This document shows, piece after piece, positions 11,501-23,500 of a DNA stretch of 64,000 nt. Under the pieces are notes generated by a model. That model saw only the letters and a list, made by a program, of their open reading frames with translations. It searched no databases and was not told the origin of the DNA. The DNA is from Candidatus Omnitrophota bacterium. Lineage in GTDB: Bacteria > Omnitrophota > Omnitrophia > Omnitrophales > Aquincolibacteriaceae. Within the stretch, counting starts at the first letter, position 1. Each line of letters begins with the position of its first letter. Position numbers and translations under genes: made by a program. The stretch covers positions 109,231-173,230 of the forward strand of contig DAOPYQ010000005.1 in NCBI GenBank assembly GCA_035352955.1, given 5' to 3'.

Positions 11501-14500
11501 CGCCCGTTTTCCTGCGAGATGTCCCGTAATTATCTTGCAGGGTTTCAAACACGAACGCCGCATTGGCTCCCTTGTAATCCCGGCAACGGTCGAAGAAGAT
11601 ATTCACGAGCTCTTCCCAGGTCAGCACTCCCGTCTTCTCCTTCTTTTTCCGTCCCTCCTCCATCGCCGTACGCGCTGCTTGATCGATCATCTTCTCGATC
11701 TCAAAAGAGACCGCCCCGTTTCCAACCGCGGAGGTTGGAAATGGTTCCCGCATCTCGGATCGGACGTGGTCATCAGGACCACGCCGAAGCTGTGCCGACG
11801 CAATAGGCGTCGGTGCGGAGCGCTTAAGATCCAGGATGTTCAAACGGTTGATCGTCATTCCAAAACGAAGATCCGTACTCTTTCTAACGGAGACCTCAAC
11901 TCCGCCTCGCGCGGCCAACCGGGTGATCTCACCAATGGCTGTTTCATCTTTCACCGCAAGATTGGAGAGGATCATGGTCGCCCGGTCCTTCATCGTATCG
12001 GTGATCTTTTTGATAAATGCCGCTTTCTGACTCTCCGGCACCGCGTCAAAAACATTGAGCAGCACATAGAAGCTATACGCGTTTTCGGGCAATTCTTCCT
12101 TTTCGAGAGAACGGAGCGTATCCGTAAAATGAATCCGATCGCCCACAAGGTCCTGACCAAAACGTCTTTGAATTCTTTCGACCGTCATCCGGTTCATCAA
12201 CTTGAGAACCTGGACATGGGAGGGATTCGGCTGGTTGATATCGACATGACTTTGATTCAAAGCGAACGGCGTCACGAATGCGTCTTCTACGCTGATCCCG
12301 ACCGCCAGCACGCGGTCTTCCGGCCCGGGACGAAGCGAATCGATGAACTCCGCAGCGCGAACCGCCTCTTCCGGCATCGATAGCTCGCGATAAACTTGCC
12401 CCGCCGTCATTTCACTCATCCCCCGCCGTTCCGCGCGATCATCCTCACCCACTTCGGAGACCGGGTCTCCGAAGCGGTCTCGGGCGCGGAGGACCGACTC
12501 GATCCCCTCATCGAGTTCGCGGACCTCCATGGCGAGAAGGTTTCTCTTGTGCTTCACGGCATCCTTCCTCCGATAGAAGTCCCTGCCCCATTTTCCGCGG
12601 AAAAAAACGCTTGCGTCGGAAATCGCGGAGCCCCGGTCCTTAAAAACACGCCGCAGAAAATCCATGTAGGGATCCTCCCCGGGACGATCCGCCCATCGGC
12701 TGAGAATCCGGAGGCTCGTTTTGTAAACGGGCAGCGGATTTTTTAGCGCGATCTCCAGCGCGGTCACAAGCATCCGTCCAAGCAGTTCCCCCGCCGCCTG
12801 TTTCCGCGGGCGATCGGTCTCCGCAGCGGCCACTTTGTCGGCATCCCGCACGAGGATCGAAACGATCCAGCTAAAAAGACCGGCGTCCCCGACCGAAAGG
12901 AAGAACCGGGCCACAAACCAGAAATTGCGCCGGATCTCCGGATCATCGAGATGCCCCATGATCACCTGGACCGGCGCGTAGATCCGCCGGGCATCTTTCG
13001 CGAACCGTCCGGCCTCGCCATACTTCTTCTTCCGCCTGCCCTCGGCATCTTTCTGGCGCTTCAAAAACTCCCGTATCACGGCAACGGCCTCATCCTTCCC
13101 GGTTTGGGCCACCCGCATAAACCCCTTGATCTCGTCGAAATATTTTTTATATTCCGGAGAACTGGCTTTTTTGTCGAGATCTACTTCGGCCTCATCTTCC
13201 TTCGAGAGCCCCTTTTCGCCGCGCCCTGTGCTGCGGCGCTCCGCGCGGTTAGCCACGGCTTCGCGCACCGAAGGCGGCATGATCGCCAGAAGCCCGAAAA
13301 CAACATCCTTCCCGTCGAATGAAAGAATCAACTGCCCGGGATCCCTCAGCCATCCGAAAGCCGCTCTGTCATCGTCAAGAGAAAGGTAAACAAATTCGAA
13401 AAAAAGGATCTTCAGGTCGTCCGAGGCGGCGGGACGGGTAGCCAGAGCGACGTCAAACGCCCGTCCCCGCGCCGCGGCATGGGACATCTCGCGATCCAGA
13501 AAGCGAAAGCGGCAATATTTCACGTGATAAACCTTCAGAAGCTCCAGAAGCCCTTCCGCAAGAGCGAACCTCTTTTCGATCTCGGCCAACGCCCGGTCGA
13601 TCTTTTCCCGGTTCCGGCGGACCGCCACAACAGGCCCCCGTTCCTTATCATGGGACAAGCGCACCAATTCTCTCGCAAGATCGTGGATCGGGACAATCTC
13701 GGGCTCGGAGATAAGCCAGGAAAATGAGGAAAGCCACCATGCGTTGGTCGAAAACTGCTGGTACTTTTTCTCCTCTGAAAGTTCCTGCCGCAGAAGATCG
13801 ATCTTCTCGCGGATCTCCTTGTTTCTCTTGGCGGCAAGTTCCAGCATGTCCCTCGCCCGGACCGACCTCACGCGTTCGACGATCCAGCGAACGTCCGGAT
13901 GTTCTTTCATCCGGGCAAATTCCGTTTCATAAACATGAAGTTGCTTCCGGAACAGATTCCACCAGGTTTCCGACTGCCACGGTTTTTGGGTCGGCCCGCG
14001 CCACACGAACCACGGCTTTTTCGGGTCCTTCTCATGAGCGTACTCCGCGACGCCCGCCTGAAGCGGCACGTAAAGAACATTGCGAAGTTCGCTTCCGGAT
14101 CTTTTTTCCATCGCCGGACGCCCCGCACCCGGTCCCTGCTGGCGAAGCTCGTGACGGCCCCTCACATTCCTCCAGGGATCATGAACCGGCGTCTTGGCTG
14201 CCAAAGCCCGCGCTCTCAGGAACTGATCCATACCGGACCAGGACTCGGGACGAATTTCCCCGAGCAATCCTCGCAGTTTTCCTAAAAACGGTTTCGGATA
14301 AACTTCGACGATATCGGGAATAGACGGATTTTCTGTCGCAAAAAGACGCCCGGGAGAGTCGCCGCTAAAAAAAACGCATCGATACCCCCCGATATCTCCG
14401 TAAGGCTTGACCTCAACCTTGACCCTCGTTTGGCCGCTGGCGGGATCTTTGAAAAAAACGTGCCACACAGCGTCATCCCTGGTTTCAGGCATCCTTGCAT

Positions 14501-17500
14501 CGTTCACCTCAAGCTTCATGCCCTTGGCGGACGCCACTTTTTCAAACTCCATACGGGGTTCCTTGGGCAAAGGTTTATTGCCAAGCTGGTGTTCCCACTC
14601 TTTTCTCCTATTCACCCGGTCCTCCCAGGCCCGATCAAGCGCGAACAAGACCACGAAAAACGAGGAAAGAAACGATACCTGCCGCACAAATTCCAGCGTG
14701 ACGTGCGGAAGCCTGAAATGCCCTTCCATGTAGACCCAAAAGGGATACCCGAACATGTACAACGCCGCAATGCCGCCGAGGATCAGGCAGGACTTGATCC
14801 AGATACTGCCGGTGCGCGAAGACGCACTAACGGAACCCTCCGGACCTCCCTGCCGAAGTTCCATGCGAGCAAGCGTTCCGAACATCGCGTTAACCTTCTT
14901 TTCCGCATCCCTGGCGTTCTCATAATCCGGCGACGGGACCAATAGCTGGGCCTGCAGGGCCTTTTTGATGATGGTCTCGACGTAGGAAGGCTCCCCTTTT
15001 TTGGAGCTAAACACCATTCGGAAATAATCTTTCGAAACCTGCCGCGGAAGCCCCCGTCTCCGGCCATCCGATCCGAACACGTCTTTGATATCGGAAACCG
15101 GAAAAGCCCTCCCGCTCAAAAGGATCGCCAGTTCATTGAGAAAATCGTCCCACCGGCGAAGGCGAAGGAGGGCAAGGACAAAAACAAGTTGTTGCCCGGA
15201 GATCATCTGGGTGTCCGGAGTGTAAAGCTGGATCCCTGTCAGAGCCCGCGCCATCCACCCAAGGACTTCTCCCGTTTGCGCATGAAGCCCCATCGCTTCC
15301 AGACGGAGCAGGAGCGCCCGGCATTTATTGAACGCATTCCAATAGGCGAGCGATCTTTCCTCGACACCAACCACCGCCGCCGCCATCCGCAGATCGCGTT
15401 CCGTCATCTCCAGTTCATCGATCACGCGTTTTCTCAGGGACTTGTAACGGAGGATGATCTGCTTTTTCATTATTTGGGCAAGATGGGCCCGGTAAACTTC
15501 CGCTTTCATCAACCCGGCGCTGTTTTTCTCGAATTCCTTGAAGAAATCAAGATTGATCTGCTGCCGCGCGGCTTCAGTCGCCTTAAAAATATAGTCCGGG
15601 TCCTTCCCGCGGTATCTTTCGAGCATCCGCCGGTGCTGGATCACCCATCGCTGTCCCGTGCGCAGCGAAACCGCGAGCTTTTTGATATCCTCCGGATTCT
15701 TTTCGTCCAAGGAATCCAGATAAGCGCTCGTATAATTGAACGCGTTGATCTGACGTTCGCTCTGAAGGACCCGGGCGACATTCCGTCCGGCATCCGCGAT
15801 AAAAAACGGCAGTGTCGCCTCACAAACCAGCACCACGGCATACTTGTCGAAATGCTCCATATCCGCCCGCAGTTCTTCATCGTGCAACTTGTCGGCCTGA
15901 GCTACCAGCAGATCGCGCGCCGCCCGGATCTTCCGGATCCAGGAAGGATCCATGGGAAGATTCGGATTTGTTTTATCCGCCATCGCATCATGCATGGCCT
16001 TGTATTTCGCGACCGCCGACGGACTCCCGAATGCAATCCCCTTATTGGCAAGGCGGCCCGTAGCCTCTGCGCGCGTATGGTAAGAAACATCCTTCCGCGC
16101 GATCTCAAGCGGAGGCTGGAGCGCCATGATCAAGGCATAGAACCTGGAAAAACAGACCTCCAGATCGGTGCTGAGAAAGAAGAGCATCAACCCGTAAAAG
16201 TCGGCGGAGGCCTTGGCCGTTCCCGGCCCCCGTTTGATCCCCACAAGAAGCTTGCCCAGCTGCGGGTCCCAATGGCCCAACCTCCGGCGCAACGATTCGA
16301 CGCCCTCTTTTTTAAGGATGTCCCTACAGAAATCAATGAAGGGCCCGGTCCCGCTAAAATCACCGGCGATGCGTTCGAAAAAAAGCTCGAAAAGCGGTTT
16401 GTAAAACACCTCCCCGTATAAAGAAGGATGGTCCATGATCACGGAAAGGAACGATTCTTCGCCCGAGGAACCGCCTTCTCTCAGGGAATTCTTGAAACGA
16501 AAAATAAAATTCCAAAGGTCCTCCGCCGCATGAACCGCCTTGGCCGTTTCATCGGGAAAGTGAACCGCGCCGTGAACATTTTCATAAGCCTGCAAGGTCT
16601 GCCGGAGATAAACGTCGATTTTTTCGATCAATCTTTTAATATCAAGGATTGCGGCCCGTTCCGTCCCGCCCCGGGAAAGATCTTCAAGAAAAGGCGCGAA
16701 TTCTTTTTTCACTTCCCCCCAGTCTTTCAAAAACCCCTTGAGATCCTCGATCCGGCTGTTCCGCAGAAAGAGCGTGAAAAAGATCGTGACATCCTGCAAC
16801 GACTCCCGGATCTTTAACGGATCACTGTTCCCCCGGGGCTTCAGATCACCCAAAAGCCTCGAAATCTCCTGGATCTGATCTTCAAGCCAGTCTAATTTCA
16901 TCTGCTCCGGGGATTGATACTCTCGCCTTTCCTTCAGCCGACCGGAAGTCCGGACCTCCGCGCGGCTCTCTCTTCGGGACTCGCTTTCCGCCGCCTTTGC
17001 GTAGGCCACGGAAACTTCTTGGGCGGTAGGAAGCGGCCCCTGTTTCTTTTCATGATCCGTCTTTATCGAAACCAGGGCAGCCTCAAGCGCCTGAAACCTT
17101 TGCCACGCCTGACCGATCTTTTCGATGAAAGCGTTACGGTTGGCTTCCGCTTCAGGGGCTTCAAACAAGACCTCGTAAATAAAATATTCCGCCTGCTGAA
17201 CACGGTCGAGCGCCGTCTCCTTCGTCGCGCCCGCTCCGGGATGAGGCACATTCACGGGCGTATGGATCCCGTGCTTCGCAAGCGCCTCCGCGATTTCTCC
17301 GTGCGACTCCAGGATCTCCCGGATCGCTTCCCAGGCGATCAGCGAGATCCGGAGGTCCACGCCGTTCCTGGTCTGGGCATACTCCGACATCGATTCGCTC
17401 AGGATCGTGGCCGGACCCCGGACATTGTGCGATACCCATGCCTCCCAACTGACCGGTTCAACCGTTTGGTACGAAGTCCCGTCGAGTCTCTTTTTTGCGA

Positions 17501-20500
17501 CCTTGCCCCACACCGTTTCCCGGCTCAGCGGGGTCAACTCCGCGAGCGGGACAAAGACCGCCCCAAAGTCACCCAGGAACTTCTCAAAATCAAGATAAGC
17601 CTCGATCGCAGCCGCGATCTTGGGCCAGGCGTTATAAATATCGAGAACGGCTTGCTTGAATTTTTCATAGTCGTTCCCCGGAAACGCACGGTCGGAATTA
17701 AACGCGAGATTCATAAGGTACGGGGTCAGGTCCCCGTAAGGCACGATGTCGGTTTCGCGGTACTTCTGCAAAACGGAGGCGCGTGACCTGAAATCCAGAT
17801 TCAAAACGTCCCGGAGCCTGGGCTCAACCTCGGTCTGTTTCTTGCGGATCGCGTCAAAATCTTCCCGTATATCCGCAAGCGTCTGTGATTTTGTTTTGGG
17901 CGACAAATATTCCAGCTCCTGCAACGCATAAAAGATCCTGTTTGTCCGGCTCGAATAGGTCCCCTTCCCGTGTTCCCAAAAAAGATCTCCCACATCCGGG
18001 AAAAACACCTTGCCGTCTTTTTCGGAAAGAACATCCCCACGGATACCGCTCAGGGCGCGGATCCGTTTCATTAATTCCACAAGATAATCCCACGCGCCTG
18101 AGGCTCGTTTAAAAAGGTCCGGCTCGTTCCAGTCCGGTTCGAGAATGAGCTCCGCGGATCGAAGTTCAGCCCTGTCGAGATCCGGTTTTAGATTGCCCAA
18201 CTCGAAAGCTTTGCTTTCTCCGGTGGCCGGAAAGTTGACCGGGGTCTCTGGTCTCTGGTCTGCGGTCTTAGTTTTCAACCGGTTCATGTGATGATGAAGA
18301 GCGACGTCGAAACTCTGGCGGACGAGGCGAACGTTCTTTATCGCCCCAACGCCAGGATCCGTCGCCACAGCTGAGGCAAGCTCGTCTTCCAGAACTTTGC
18401 GAGTCCCTCTCACCGCATCCGCAAAATCATCCGCATAGGCTGCTCCGTCGATCTTCGCAAGTAATGCTGGAAGGGTTGCCGACGATTGAATCTTCGCAAA
18501 CAGCTCGCTCACCCTCGGATAGAGAAGCGCTCCTTTTTTATCCTTTTCCCTCGCAAGGGCCGAGATGTGTCTCTCCATCCAAACGGCGAACGGCCGGACG
18601 GCGGGTGAAATGGCGGCGTGCTCTTTCTTTACGGGAACGAACGCGAACGCCTCGACCTCGACAAGCCAGTTCGGCCGGCACACGTCCCCGATAACATAAA
18701 TGATGGGAATATCGGGGAATTTCTTATCCACCGCTTCCTGGATAGCCGCCGCATCTTCGGGCCGTTTGATATAGACGCGCAGCTGCGGGATATCCTTGAG
18801 GTCGCCCATGCGCTGCGTGAGCATCATCCGCACGCTGTCGATCATGTAGAGGGTTTGACGGACCGGATCGCCGATGTACATCTCGGCCTGGCCCTTGGTC
18901 GAGGCCGTGCCGGAGATCAGGACCATTTCGTAACCGGGAGTCACAACCGACATCGCACGCGACCAAAGCGGCGGCTTTTTGGTCTCAAGCGCCTTTTCCT
19001 GAACAACGATCGTATATTCATCGGGGTTCATCTGCCGTGCGCTTTCAAGGCGGAGCGCGTGGACGTTGCTTTTTTTTGCGACAAAGGCGAGCGCCTCCAT
19101 CACGATAGAACCGCTCTTGTCACGTAGCGTCCCGATCCCGGTCGACGCGGGAGGTTTGCCCAGATTTCCACCTTTGATCAGCCCTTCCCCGAACGGGATC
19201 GATTTCCCGTTCATCGAGGTCATAAAGTAATCGTAGCGCGGATTATTGATTCCCCACTGGTAGTTCCATTTTCCCTCGGCATCGTAATCAACGATATGGT
19301 CCTGGTAGAACCAGGTGCGGAGCACTTGCCGGTAATCGAGAACAAAATCGGGGCCGACTTTATCAAGTTGCTTCAGCTTGGCTTCGGCTTTCTTCAATTC
19401 AAGGTAGGTCTTTTCGAGGACATTCCAACCGCGGTCGTAAGTTTTGGTGATCGAAGGATCGGGTGTGATGCCGCCGACATAAACCTGGAACAGATCCGCA
19501 TCCTCGAGGATCGCGCTGTGTTCGCTGATGCGGAGCACCTGGTTCGGCTCAGGGACATATCGACTTTCGTCATCCTGAGCGGAGCGAAGGATCTGAGATT
19601 CTTCACTCTCTCCACGTCGGGGCTCAGAATGACGGGACGAACCCATCGCCACGATCTCGACTGTGAACATGCTTCCGTCAGCAGGAGTTTGTTCGAGATA
19701 CGTCGTGACCGGAGGCTCGACGCCCGTGCCGTAATATTCCCGCAGGGCTTTTTTGATCTTTTCGCGGTCCGCGTCCGTGATATCCCCGAACGAGATCACC
19801 TGTTTGAAGATGTCATCCTTCCTGATCTTCTGTTCCGCGATCAAACGGTCAAGATGCCCGATAACGCTTGCGATCTGTTCCTCCGCCGTCTTCCCTTCCG
19901 ACGGCATCACGGAGAAAAACACCTGCCGTTTCCCGTTCCCGAGTTCCACCGCCTTGGCGCGCGGCTCCATTTTGAGAAGTTCTTCATTGATCGCCTCACG
20001 GGACAGCAGAACCTCAGAGGCCACCCCGGTCGCGATCGCTGCGCCGGAAGACCGGACAGGTTCGCTGTTTCGAATTTCCGCCCGAGCCGGGATATCCTGC
20101 CGGGCAAGATCGTCGAGAGTCGGGACCACCGGAAGATCCTTTTTTTCGAAGCCCTGTGAAAAAGCACTCTGAAGGTCCTGTTGTGTCTTCGGGTCAAGCG
20201 AAAGGTCCTTCGGGAATCCGTGACGGACAAGGAAACGCGCGAGCCTCACCGCGTCAGCGTAAACCTTCCGGTAGTCCTGCGCCACGAGATGCTTCCCGGA
20301 TAAAATGGGCGTCAGAGAAAGCTTCTGTCCCGACTCGCCCGGAGAGACGATCCCCGCCAGGACGCCAAACCCATACTTGGGCGTTTTAATATCGGTATGG
20401 AGTCTGATCTTGTCGATCAGCGCGTGCTCCGGCCGGTACATCTGCGGGGAAGTTCCGATCGTAAGCGTGTCCCCCGCCACCCGCGCATTAAAAATAAATG

Positions 20501-23500
20501 TTCCGTTCCCGGCGGTCATCCCCCCGAGCGTCTTTTGGATCGCCTCGTCCCCCACAAGAGCTTTGTCCTGGTCATAGACCCGGACCTTCCGGAATCCGCC
20601 CCGAAGATCTGCGCTCCGCCACAGGCCGGGGATCTGCAGGAAAAGAGAGATCACGGCATCCACTTTGCTCGCGGGAGTCACCGTACTTTCCTCGGGAGAT
20701 CCGATCCAGACATCCACGACCTCGACAACTTTTCTTCCAAATTTTCGCAGCCGGCTAAGAAGGTCCGTATCAAACGCAAAATCGACCGTGAAATCCGGGT
20801 CCAGGTTCCAGTCCTCGTCGACGGGTTGGATCTCGTCGAGGGCTTCGCGCGTGAACGCCTTGAATCCCTGCTGAGTGTCACGAATACGCCAGAAACCGAG
20901 AAGGACCTTCGTCAGCATGTTATAGATAAAACTGCCTCGCCGTTCCTCATCAAGGCGCCCGTAAACGATCGCTCCCTTGCGCCACCGCGAACCGATGGCG
21001 GCATCCGCTTCCCCGGAAGCAAGCTTCTCCAGCAAAAGCCCGGATTCCGCGAGCGACACGGCACGATCCATGTCCGTGAATATGAAATACTGTTTTAACG
21101 CCTTCAGGATTTCCATGAGCTTGCGGAACGCAAGGACAATCCCGCTCCCTTTTTTTCCGCCGATACCGTCGTTCTGGTCCTTATTCACGAACCAGACCTG
21201 CACCTGCCCGGACTTCAGCTTCTGGGGAAACATGTCCTTGAGGATCTCGAGCGCGACCTGGCCGGAGCTCTTTTCGCTCTTGATCTTTGGCTGCGGGACG
21301 TCCCCTTCAAGTTTTTTACTCTGGAGGAATCCGAGAACTTTTTTAAGCAACGGCCGGACCCAAAAAGTCAGGAAGGCTTTGTACCACTTCAAGAGAAAAG
21401 AGCCTTCTTTTCTCTCCGGCAAAAGGTTGAACCTCAGTTCGTCCGCCGGATTGCTCAGATCCATGGAGCGCTCGCCGTCATCGGCCAGCAAAAGAACGTA
21501 CCGGACATTCGAATTGACGGAAAAAAGTTCGTCAAGCTCCCGGATCTTCCAGACAAGCGCGTCCTCGCCGTTCGGATTCTTTTCCGCCGAGAACGGCCGC
21601 AGGCGGTTCTGTTCCCCGTACATCGAAACGGCAATGCCGACCTCGATGGGGTCGCCGGTGCGCGGCAAGCGGTAAACCGCCAGGAAAGACCGGATCAGCC
21701 GTTCGGCTTCCGGCAAAAGATCATGGAGCTCGGCGTCCTGCGCGAGCATGCCGTCCAGCATCGCGGCGCTCTCATCAGCACGGGGACCTTTGAGAAGCGT
21801 CGAAAGCGCGGCCGAGATCACCGCCATGCGGTCTCTGGCCTTCTTCGTATCAAGCGGCCCGAGCCGGTCGGCGTGCCAATTCATCCTGAGGAAAAGCCCT
21901 GAGGCCAGCCGGTCGACCTCCCCAAGATAGCCGTCGCGCAGCGGGTTGTCCTTGATCCCGTTCTCGAGCATCTGCGAATCGGGCATGGCTTTTTCCATCA
22001 AATCAAGCGCGCCCTTCAAAATCGCGCGGGGCCGTTCGCCCTTGGCAAGGATTTCCACTTCTTCGTCATACCGGATCCCGAGCGACGCAAGCTGATTTGC
22101 GGAAGACATCATTTTCATCCCGCTGTCCCCTTTCCGGATAAAAAGATGGACCCCGGTTTTCGCCGTTATTTCCGACGCCAGATCGGCAAGGATCTTGCTC
22201 GGCCGGATATGGATATCATTTCCGTTCAAGACATGAAACGTCCGGCGCATCTCCGGCCAATTTTCTTCCAGGATCCCCCCGCCGAAAATGACCTGCGGAA
22301 ACCGGGGCGGGACCTCCGGCGTCCGGAGCTCGGAACGAGGGGTGACACGGAAAAACGTCTGGGGGGGGAATGTGAACCGGACCGTCGTCTTGTGCCCTCC
22401 GGTTCCCGGCGGCAAAAATTCCATTTTTCCGCCATGACCTTCGACCACGGCACGAACAAGGGCGATCCCTCCCCCATGAGATTTAAAACCAGCTCTCGGA
22501 AAAATGCCTTCTTTGACAGAATTCGGAACGATCGTAAATCGGCCCGCCGCGTCGATAACCTTGGAAATCCCCACGCCATCGTCATAAACTTCCCATAGGC
22601 CATCCCCATTTTCTGCTTTGCCCGCGCGAAATCCGATCAGACCCTGCTGACCGGCCTGAGCCTGGGCATTCAGCCCGTTGGCCGCCATCTCCCGAACGAT
22701 CCTGAGAGGCGTCCATTCACGGGTAAGCGCATCAGCTAAAATGATCTTCGCCATGGAATCTTCTTCCTCGTCCGGCAAAAGATCGGAAAGAGCTTTCCTC
22801 AGGCCGTCGTCAGACCATCTTTTTGTCCAAAAAACATTAAACTCCGTCTGGGTCTTCGCCACGAATTCATCGAGAAGTTTCGATAAACTTTCTTCCGTAT
22901 CCTGCAAGGTCGGCGCCGGCCGTGGCGATACCGTCTGATAGATCACTTCTTTCATTTCAACGGGGGGCTCTGCCTTTTTCCAGGGGACTTGCGGCCCGAG
23001 CTCTTCCAGTTTTGCTTCGACCTTTTCAAGAGATTGGAACGTAAACTTTTCTTGGGCACGGCCCTTCCCCTGCGTTGAAAGAACGAACTTTGTGCCCCAG
23101 AAGCCCCCGCGGGAAATGTCGATTTTGATCACAAACTCTTTTGCCGACCCCATCGACAACCGGAAAGGATCCTCGGGATTCCCTTTCTTCCTCTTCGTTT
23201 TGGCATCCTCGGGATCCTCCTGTTCACCGTCCCTCACCTTAGATTTTTCAATCGCGATTTCCTCGGGATCCTGCGAAGCTTTCCCCGTGAATTTAGCGAT
23301 ATGGGCATAATCAGGATGCACCGAAAGAAAAGAGAAAAGACCGGCCGCTTCGCTCTGGAACCCGGTGTTCAGCGTTATTTTGTAGACGTCCGTCAGCTGC
23401 CGGTCCGCCGCAGCGCCAAGCACGGAGCGAACGGATTCTTCATTCCCAAACCATTTCCAGAACCGCTTTGAGAGATCGGCTAGCGCTTCGGTCCACGAAA

